Below, one piece after another: positions 1 to 6,817 of a stretch of 28,959 nt of DNA. The notes under the pieces were generated by a model, which was not told the DNA's origin, did not search any database, and worked only from the letters and a program-made list of their open reading frames with translations. Within the stretch, counting starts at the first letter, position 1. Each line of letters opens with the position of its first letter. The stretch comes from Nitrospinota bacterium (GTDB lineage: Bacteria > UBA8248), in assembly GCA_046581755.1 (NCBI GenBank), contig JAYGFR010000279.1, positions 1 to 28,959 of the forward strand, read 5' to 3'. The position numbers and the translations under genes are program-made.

Positions 1-2
1 GC

Positions 3-185
3 CGCTCCAGGGTCCGGGCTCGCGTCGAGCATGTCTTCGCTTTTCAGGAAAGCGCCATGGGCGGCAAGCTGGTCCGCACGATCGGCATTGCCAGGGCCCG
101 GACCAAGATTGGAATGATGAACCTGGTTTACAACATGCGCCGCCTTGTCTGGTTGGCCAGAGACGGGATACCTGCGCGCGCGTGA
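3..185 (+). CDS. IS5-family DDE transposase, C-terminal fragment (5'-partial)
   Basis: Manual frame +3 translation (absent from ORF track): RSRVRARVEHVFAFQESAMGGKLVRTIGIARARTKIGMMNLVYNMRRLVWLARDGIPARA*. RxRVEHVF (catalytic E) and NLVYN are IS5-family signatures. Confidence 0.9.
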   Translation, partial: RSRVRARVEHVFAFQESAMGGKLVRTIGIARARTKIGMMNLVYNMRRLVWLARDGIPARA

Positions 186-302
186 GGAAAACCGGTCATC
201 GGGAGGCTCTCCGGAGTTCTGGTGGCCCAAAATAAGATGGAAATTGGGGACGTGTTGTGGCTAGAATGCTGCGAAAATACAAAATCGGGGGAAATTAGGC
301 CA

Positions 303-317
303 TTTTTAGAGGTTGCC
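303..317. repeat. Putative right terminal inverted repeat of the IS (reads GGCAACCTCTAAAAA on minus strand)
   Basis: GG-initiated end about 120 bp after the transposase stop, resembling IS5-family IRs. Partner IR is outside the window. Confidence 0.6.
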
Positions 318-461
318 CTTGGATACATCACCGCCAACGATTACAGGATAATACGAATTCCGGCCCTAAAGAAAGAGATGCCCCACCCTCCCCTTCGCCC
401 CCGCTTATAGTAGAATTCGCCTGTGCCTATTTCAGAAACCAGCTCGACCGGGAGCGGCGGC

Positions 462-1151
462 GTGATCGGATTTGCCAGTAAATTTAGAGGAAGCAAACGC
501 CTTCTCGGCCCCCGCACCGGCGCATGCCTTATCGCCGCCGCCCTCTTTTTTTCGGGCGGGGCGCCGGGGGATGCCCTCATTCCGCCTGGCGGCTACACTC
601 CCGGCGGGAACGCTCCCGGCACCTACCGGATCCTCCTTGCCGGCCAGCTTCTGGTGGCGGCGCCCGGCATGCGCGATCCCCGCTTCCGGCAAACGGTCAT
701 CCTCATGATCCGCCACGACGCATCGGGCGCCTTCGGGCTCATTGTCAACCGCCCGATCGGCAAGGTGAAGCTCGCCGACCTCTACCGGCAGTTTCGCCTG
801 AAGCCCCCCCCCGGCGCGGTCGAGGTCTCCCTCTTCTACGGCGGCCCCGTGCGGCCCCTGGCCGGCTTCGTGGTGCATTCCATCGAACCGGGGTTTTCGC
901 CCCGCTTCAAGGTGACCGCCGAGATCGGGGTCACCCCGATCCGCCGCGTTCTCCGCGCCATGGCCCGGGGGGTGAAGCTGCGCCGGGCCATCTTCACGGC
1001 CGGCTACTCGGGCTGGGGGGCGGGCCAGCTCGAGGGGGAAATAAACCGGGGCGGCTGGTACACGGCCCCGGCGGACGAAGACATCGTCCTCGACGGCAAG
1101 CCCGGCACCAAATGGCCGCGCGCCAAATCGCGCCGCACCCGGACGCTATAG
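462..1151 (+). CDS. YqgE/AlgH (DUF179) family protein with N-terminal hydrophobic extension
   Basis: LLVAAPGMRDPRFRQTVIL...GAFGLIVNRP, YGGPV, GYSGWGAGQLEGEI..GGW motifs. Start taken as GTG 462 (GGAG upstream); GTG 423 is an alternative. Confidence 0.9.
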   Translation: MIGFASKFRGSKRLLGPRTGACLIAAALFFSGGAPGDALIPPGGYTPGGNAPGTYRILLAGQLLVAAPGMRDPRFRQTVILMIRHDASGAFGLIVNRPIGKVKLADLYRQFRLKPPPGAVEVSLFYGGPVRPLAGFVVHSIEPGFSPRFKVTAEIGVTPIRRVLRAMARGVKLRRAIFTAGYSGWGAGQLEGEINRGGWYTAPADEDIVLDGKPGTKWPRAKSRRTRTL

Positions 1152-1326
1152 AGGGTGTGGGGGTAAATTCATCCCGCCCCGGCCCTGTTCTCAGTACGCC
1201 CACCACCTAGCACCCCCCGGCCCGCTTGGGTTAGAGTGGGTATTCGCCCTGCTTGATGAATGAGGGTCCATGCCGAAAGGCGGACCGGGAGAAAACGCTG
1301 TGGGGGAGGAAAACGCCGTGCGCCCG

Positions 1327-1791
1327 ATGATCGCGCTCATAAAACGGGGGCCCGCCGTTTGGGCGCTCCTGGCGGCTCTGCTCATCGGCGGATGCGGCTT
1401 TGGCGCGGTGGGTGAGAAGCTATCCGGTCCTCCGGTCCGGTATACCGGTCTCATCGTCCGGACCTTGGACCCGAATTTCAAGCCCTCGCTGCTCCCGCGT
1501 CTCATCGAGGAAAAATCGAACGCTGTCCTCTACGAACCCGCCATGGTGCAAAGGGGGATTTTGATTAAACGAGGCGTCGTGGCGTTTGCCGAACGGTTGA
1601 ATGCGAGAAACGTAAAAAAACGGGTGGGGAGAACTCCGCTCATCCTGAAAGGGGTGGGGACAAAAAATCAAACGGGAGACCTTATCCTCAGCGAAAAGGA
1701 CGCCAAGTGGCTTCGCGACGCGGAGGAGAGGGGCAAATTTCTCTCCAGGGCCGCCGTGGCGATCGTGATCGAATCCTCCCCGGCACAATAA
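1327..1791 (+). CDS. Putative lipoprotein, resembling the C-terminal domain of LPP20-type lipoproteins
   Basis: Basic N-terminus, hydrophobic stretch and lipobox-like LIGG-C; YTGLIV...KPSLLPRL...RVGRTPLILK...DLILS..DA...FL...VAIV pattern. Start could be 1270, 1318 or 1327. Confidence 0.65.
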   Translation: MIALIKRGPAVWALLAALLIGGCGFGAVGEKLSGPPVRYTGLIVRTLDPNFKPSLLPRLIEEKSNAVLYEPAMVQRGILIKRGVVAFAERLNARNVKKRVGRTPLILKGVGTKNQTGDLILSEKDAKWLRDAEERGKFLSRAAVAIVIESSPAQ

Positions 1792-2156
1792 CCGCGCCGG
1801 GCCATAACCGCTCCGAAAAATCGCGCCCTGAATTTCCTCAGGGCCTCGTCTCCACGATTCAGACTCCCTCGAAAAAATCCGAGCGCCCTCCGCCCGCGCC
1901 CGTGGCTTGCGGGGAGCCTCCGCCCGGCCCCACCGCTCCGATCGAGCGCACCCCGGCGGCCAGCTTCCGGACCCCGCCCACGATCTTTCGGAGTCCCCAC
2001 AATAAACGCGATATCTTCCCGCATCCGCATCGCCGCGCTGCGATCCGCGTGAGGGCGGATGAGCCGGGGATGGAACGATGGGGTGAAACGATACGGGGCA
2101 GCGAAAATAAGGCAACCCGGCGCGGCGGCGGCAGGGGGGGATGAATTCCGGAAAAG

Positions 2157-2363
2157 CTACTCCTCCCGCCCGCGGCGCCGGGGGGCTTCGTCCCCGGATT
2201 CGCGAATCTCCCGGCGCGCCAAGCGCGCGAGGCGGTCGCGCACCCAGCCCGAGGTGGTCAGCCCGCCCTTGGAGGCGGCCGCATGGATGAGATCGCGGAG
2301 ATCCTCAGTCATCCGTATCTGCAGGGGCTTGTCGTGCTTTCGTTTCGGGGCCGTTTTCGCCAT
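2157..2363 (-). CDS. Small ribbon-helix-helix DNA-binding protein (CopG/DUF1778-like), 68 aa
   Basis: KPLQIRMTEDLRDLIHAAASKGGLTTSGWVRDRL gives beta-strand, helix, G-x-T turn, helix pattern of RHH proteins. ATG at 2363. Confidence 0.8.
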   Translation of the reverse strand: MAKTAPKRKHDKPLQIRMTEDLRDLIHAAASKGGLTTSGWVRDRLARLARREIRESGDEAPRRRGREE

Positions 2364-2371
2364 AAATTGAG

Positions 2372-2427
2372 TGTACTGCCAATGGCAGTACATATACATT
2401 CATAGATGTATTGCCAATGGCAGCATA
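2372..2427. promoter_or_regulatory. Two palindromic operators overlapping divergent promoters
   Basis: Perfect palindrome TGTACTGCCA-A-TGGCAGTACA (2372-2392) and an 18/21 copy TGTATTGCCAATGGCAGCATA (2407-2427). TATAAT at 2426-2431 (+) and TACACT at 2375-2370 (-). Confidence 0.8.
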
Positions 2428-2541
2428 TAATATTCTCCGCCCGATAAGGAAGAAGTTGAGGCGCACTGTACGGAGCAGGGAGAAATTCCCGAAAAAGAGC
2501 CGACGCTTACGCATAACCGGGTACATTTCAGGAGATTACAC

Positions 2542-3396
2542 ATGGCGGCCCAGCCGGAAGACAAACGGAAAAAGTCCCTCAAGGTGCTCGATCTTCCCGA
2601 GAGCGCCGGGCCGGCCATGGCCAGAATCGCTTTTCGCAAGCTCGCCTTCGGCTGCCACCCGGATCTCCACGGCGGAGACCCGGCCAAGGCCCGCCAGCTC
2701 CGGGAGCTAGCCGAAGCCCATCGAATCGTTTCGGAATCACCGGTGTCAGGCCCTCCCCCGGGGCACCTATGGACCTCCCCGCCGGAACCTGTCCGGGGCC
2801 GCGATCTTCATTACCGTCTTCGGTTGAATTTCATTCAGGCGGCCCTGGGCTGGGAGGTCTTGCTTCGCTACGGAAGGCAGATTGCCTGCCCTGCCTGCAA
2901 GAGCGGGAAGAAAAGCGATTGCCTCGAATACCGTGGGACGGGCCGCGTCCAGGCGGGAACCACCCCTAGGATACGTGTCCCCTCGGGAATCGAGGAGGGC
3001 GAAATTCTCCGGCTCCGCGAGCTGGGCGAGGAGGGCCTATCGGGCGGCCGGGCGGGCGATCTCCATCTCCTGGTTTCGATCCGCAGCCACCCGGCGCTCA
3101 AGCGGCGCGGGCTGGACATATACAGCGAGGCGAAGCTCTCCGGCTCCCGGCTTCGGGAGGGCGGGTCCATCGAGGTCCTCACTATCGGGGGGGAGCGACA
3201 AATCCATCTTCCGCCTCATACCTTTTCCGGAAAGACTTTCCAGCTCAAGGGCGCGGGCATCGTCCGCCGGGCGGGGGATTTCACCGAGAGGGGCGACCAT
3301 TTCGTCCGGGTCGAAGCCATCCGGAACGAGGCGGAAATCCGGGATGCGTATTTATCTTCCGGGCGGGCGGTTTCGGCGGCGGCGAAGGGCCGCTAG
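2542..3396 (+). CDS. Atypical DnaJ-family protein (J domain, reduced zinc finger, DnaJ C-terminal domain)
   Basis: AFRKLAFGCHPD J-domain; GRDLHYRLRLNFIQAALG; CPAC...CLEYRGTG; VPSGIEEG...GDLHL...HPALKRRGLDIY; AGGAG RBS. Confidence 0.85.
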   Translation: MAAQPEDKRKKSLKVLDLPESAGPAMARIAFRKLAFGCHPDLHGGDPAKARQLRELAEAHRIVSESPVSGPPPGHLWTSPPEPVRGRDLHYRLRLNFIQAALGWEVLLRYGRQIACPACKSGKKSDCLEYRGTGRVQAGTTPRIRVPSGIEEGEILRLRELGEEGLSGGRAGDLHLLVSIRSHPALKRRGLDIYSEAKLSGSRLREGGSIEVLTIGGERQIHLPPHTFSGKTFQLKGAGIVRRAGDFTERGDHFVRVEAIRNEAEIRDAYLSSGRAVSAAAKGR

Positions 3397-3410
3397 GGGG
3401 ATCGGGGTAG

Positions 3411-3800
3411 ATGGCCATCAACAGCCGGGCCGGCGATTATGGATTCGCGGAGGGAGCAGGGCGGGAAAGCTATTACGGCGAGCGCCGGGCGCGCATCCGC
3501 GAGCGGATGGAATTCCACCAAAGCCGCAACCCGGGGACCGGCGGCGCCCCCCGGAGCGTCCGCTTCATCGATCTCGAGCCGATCGAACCCCTCCAGGCCC
3601 GGCCGGTTCAGGGCGAGGATGCCAATCCCGTCCAGGCCAAAACCTTTCGCGGCAACATCATCAAAACCAGATCTGATCCAGCAGATCCGATCCAGGCGCA
3701 TAACGGCCGCATCCAGAAAAAAATCTTCCCGATCCGACCGCCGGCCGGCTTTCGGCGGCGAGGGGGGGTTCTCGATTGGGGCCTGCCGAACGGAGCCTGA
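3411..3800 (+). CDS. Hypothetical protein
   Basis: ATG 14 nt after the DnaJ-like stop with G-rich RBS; fills the gap to the convergent gene; no recognisable domain. Confidence 0.45.
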   Translation: MAINSRAGDYGFAEGAGRESYYGERRARIRERMEFHQSRNPGTGGAPRSVRFIDLEPIEPLQARPVQGEDANPVQAKTFRGNIIKTRSDPADPIQAHNGRIQKKIFPIRPPAGFRRRGGVLDWGLPNGA

Positions 3801-3849
3801 CAGCCCGGGCGGAATTTTTTTTGCAGGGAGTGTGGTCCGGAAAACCCGG

Positions 3850-4982
3850 TCAGGTCCGGTGCCGGCCGGAGACCACGCGGTTCCGGCCCTGCTGCTTGGC
3901 CTGGTACAAAAGCTCGGCCACCTCGCTGTAGAGGACGCTCCGGTCGAGGTCGCCCGGCGGATCGACCGACAGGACCCCCAGGCTCACCGTGACCGCTCCC
4001 TCGGTGGGCATTCCGTGAAGATGGGTTCCCTCGATGGCCAACCGGATGCGCTCGGCCACGAAACAAGCGCCGTCATAACCCGTGTTGGGAAGGAGGACCC
4101 CGAACTCCTCTCCCCCCAGCCGGAACAAAGTGTCGAGATCGCGAATCTGGCCTGAACGATGAGGCCCATCTGGCGGAGCACATCGTCTCCGGCGGGATGA
4201 CCGAAGGTGTCGTTGATTTTCTTGAAATGGTCGATGTCGAACATGATCATCGAAAGCGGTTGCCGCCAGCGCCTGAGCCGCGAGAGTTCGCGGGAGGTGA
4301 CGTCCTGAAACCCGGCGAAATTCGTGAGGCCGGTCAGCGGGTCCGAATACGCCGCCTTCTTGAACTGGACCCGGCTGACGCCGTGGGCCAGGAACACCGT
4401 CGCCAGGTCCTTCTTGGTGAAGAGGATATCGAACAGGCGCTCGAGGTGGACCCGCAAAACTTCCTCGGACAGATCCAGCGGAATCACTGCGTCGGCCCAG
4501 GAATGGGGCAGCTCTCGCATCGCCACCTCCGAGCTATCGACGAAGGCGAGGATGGAAAGCGGGGTCCCATTGCTGTCCGCCCGGAGTTCGTTCATCACCC
4601 TGTGCGTTTCGGCGGCGTTATCGCCCACGTGGACCAGGAGCGCCAAAGGAGGATCTTTTACCAAACGGTCGAGAATATCCTCGGGAATGACGGGATACCG
4701 ATCGATGACCGGAATGGAGATGAGCGAGGAGAGGCGCACCATCTTCTCGTCCGGGAACCCGAGCGCGGTCATCCGGGTGGGTGAATTCGTGCTCGAAAGA
4801 AACGCCCGCAGGGTTGCGTCGTGTTCGAGATCGGCCAGGTTGGCTAGCGCCTTCCTCGACTTGGGGGAAAGGAGGTTCAGCAGGAATTTCCCCTCGGCGA
4901 TGCCGTGGCCCGCGCCCGCTGGCGGATCGGGCTCCGGGGCATGGGCCGGCCTGTTTTCTCCATCGTTCGGCTGGATCGGCAT
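3850..4982 (-). pseudogene. Diguanylate cyclase (GGEEF) with a 1-nt frameshift (real lesion or sequencing error)
   Basis: Upstream frame has DPLTGLTN...MFDIDHFKKINDTFGHPAGDDVL; downstream frame has RDLDTLFRLGGEEF...VTVSLG...LYQAKQQGRN. Adding one G to GG 4149-4150 joins them into 377 aa. Confidence 0.9.
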
Positions 4983-5020
4983 TATCCCATCCCGCTGAAA
5001 AAACCCGGAAGATGACCCAC

Positions 5021-5036
5021 TGCTCCAGGCGTGCCT
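5021..5036 (-). promoter_or_regulatory. Possible sigma54 (-24/-12) promoter of the diguanylate cyclase gene
   Basis: Minus strand AGGCACGCCTGGAGCA has GG-N10-GC with GGCACG core; imperfect versus TGGCACG-N4-TTGCW; 38 nt before ATG 4982. Confidence 0.4.
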
Positions 5037-5057
5037 AAACCCGGAGCACCACTGGGG

Positions 5058-5121
5058 GGATTGAAGGGAACCAGCGCCCGCCCGGCCTTCCGAGGCGCGC
5101 GCCCGAGCGGATTGAAGGGAA
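5058..5121. repeat. Exact 13-bp direct repeat GGATTGAAGGGAA x2
   Basis: Copies at 5058-5070 and 5109-5121 (51-bp period), intergenic. Confidence 0.8.
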
Positions 5122-5128
5122 GCGGGGC

Positions 5129-6772
5129 CTAGTCCGCCAGGGTGAACGCGTGGCGGCGGAAGGGAACCCCCAGCTCATCGCGCGCCACCTTCTCGCATGC
5201 CTCGATATCGATGATTCCGGGCATTTCGACGGCCGTGACCTCGACCTCGCCGAATACCGCCTTCGCCTCCCGGACGAACTCCTTCACCGAAGGATACGGA
5301 TTTTCGATATCCTTTGTTTTGCACACTTTACTATAGGATTCGGCGCTTTCGGCCTGCATACTCACCGAAATCGCGTCGAGCAGGCCCCTGAGTTCGGGGA
5401 GGATATTCCGGTTGTTCGACCGGCTGCCCAGCCCGTTCGTGGCGAGCCTGATTCGCTTGGCGCCCCTTCTCCGGAGTTCGGCGGCCACTTCCTTGAGCTC
5501 GTCCAGGCGGAGGGTGGGCTCCCCGAAACCGCTGAAAACCACCTCATCGTACCCGCCTGGGTCTCCGGCCGCCTCGAGAATCGCCGCCGCATCGGGCTCC
5601 TCCTCCAGGGTCAGGTCATGGCCCATGAACACCCGGTCGCTCAGCAGGCCGCAGAAAAAACACGAATTACTGCACCGGTTCGTGATGTTGAGATAGAGTT
5701 TTCCGGCCAGGGAATAGGCAATCGTTCCGGCCGGGGGCTGAGGTCCGACCTTGAACAGGCGCCGGACATTGGCCGAGGTGGCCCGCGCCACATCCTCCAG
5801 ACCGATCCCTTTGATCTCGGCGAGCGTTTGGGCCACAAGGACGGTAAAGGCCGGCTCGTTCCGCTTGCCCCGGTTCGGGGGCGGCGCCAGGTAGGGGCTG
5901 TCGGTTTCAACGAGAATCCGCTCGAGGGGAACCTCCGCGAAAACATCCCGCAGGTCGCCGGATTTCTCGAACGTAATCGGCCCGGCCGCCCCGAGGTGCA
6001 AATCGAGCTTCAGGAGTTTCCGGGCGAGTTCGGCATCGCCCGTGAAACAGTGAACGACCCCGCCCACGCGCCAGACCCGCTCCTCTTCGAGGATTTGATG
6101 GACATCCTCGCCCGCCTCCCGACAATGGACGATGATGGGTTTACCCAGCTTGACGGCCAGGCGGATCTGCTCGCGGAACCAGTGTTTTTGAAGTTTCTGC
6201 GGCGAGTGGTTGTAGTGGTAGTCGAGCCCGATTTCGCCGATGGCGACCACCTTGGGATTGTCCGCCAACGCCTTGATCGGAGCCGCTGATTTATGGGCGA
6301 TGCTTTTCACCTCGTGGGGATGCACCCCCACGGCGGCGAAAATCCCATCGAAGGTGTTGGCGATATCGACCGTTTTGCGGCTGCTGACCAGGTCCGAGCC
6401 CACGGCGATGATGGTCCCCACTCCCTGGGAGTTGGCCCTTTCCAAAACCTTGCGCCGATCCCCATCGTAGTCGGCGGCGTCGATGTGAGCATGGGAATCC
6501 ACCAGTGCCACCGGCCCCTCGAGGACGGGAAGGCTTTTCAGAAAGCTGGGATCCGGAACCTCCGCGCTCTTGCTCTTTGCGGGCTCGTTTTGGGGAGACT
6601 GGGCCTTGGGGCCCTTGCCGCGCCGGCGGCGGCTCCGCCAGCGGTTTCCGCGCCCCTTGCGGCCTGGACCCCCGCCCTCCCCTTTCGGGCTCCCGGAAGA
6701 TTTGCCGCCGGATGTTTGACCGGGGCCCTGGGAGGGGCGCTCCGGTTTTCGGGAATCCTCTGAGCGATCCAT
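5129..6772 (-). CDS. tatD: TatD-family nuclease fused to TatD-associated radical SAM domain
   Basis: DSHAH, GVHPH, GEIGLDY, IVHCRE, VVHCF, ETDSPY TatD motifs, then LYLNITNRCSNSCFFC (CxxxCxxC) and FSGFGEP. About 85 aa low-complexity N-terminal extension. Confidence 0.95.
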   Translation of the reverse strand: MDRSEDSRKPERPSQGPGQTSGGKSSGSPKGEGGGPGRKGRGNRWRSRRRRGKGPKAQSPQNEPAKSKSAEVPDPSFLKSLPVLEGPVALVDSHAHIDAADYDGDRRKVLERANSQGVGTIIAVGSDLVSSRKTVDIANTFDGIFAAVGVHPHEVKSIAHKSAAPIKALADNPKVVAIGEIGLDYHYNHSPQKLQKHWFREQIRLAVKLGKPIIVHCREAGEDVHQILEEERVWRVGGVVHCFTGDAELARKLLKLDLHLGAAGPITFEKSGDLRDVFAEVPLERILVETDSPYLAPPPNRGKRNEPAFTVLVAQTLAEIKGIGLEDVARATSANVRRLFKVGPQPPAGTIAYSLAGKLYLNITNRCSNSCFFCGLLSDRVFMGHDLTLEEEPDAAAILEAAGDPGGYDEVVFSGFGEPTLRLDELKEVAAELRRRGAKRIRLATNGLGSRSNNRNILPELRGLLDAISVSMQAESAESYSKVCKTKDIENPYPSVKEFVREAKAVFGEVEVTAVEMPGIIDIEACEKVARDELGVPFRRHAFTLAD

Positions 6773-6817
6773 CTGCCTCTCTCCGCCTCCCCCTCGGGAA
6801 GCCCTTCTTCCGCCCGG

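Larger units (their letters stand above)
1..317 (+). mobile_element. Right end of an IS5-family insertion sequence (left part outside window)
   Basis: Transposase C-terminus at 3-185, followed by an IS5-like terminal sequence TTTTTAGAGGTTGCC at 303-317. Exact end is uncertain by 1 nt. Confidence 0.8.

Noticed and set aside
222..410. 62-aa ORF after the transposase
   Set aside because: Chimeric across the IS boundary; not a credible gene as called.
1208..1243. CIRCE-like CTAGCACCC...GAGTGGGTA upstream of the lipoprotein
   Set aside because: Half-sites are degenerate and spacing is not 9 bp.
5058..5121. ATTGAAG-containing repeats resembling CRISPR repeat ends
   Set aside because: Only 13 bp, two copies, no cas genes; not an array.
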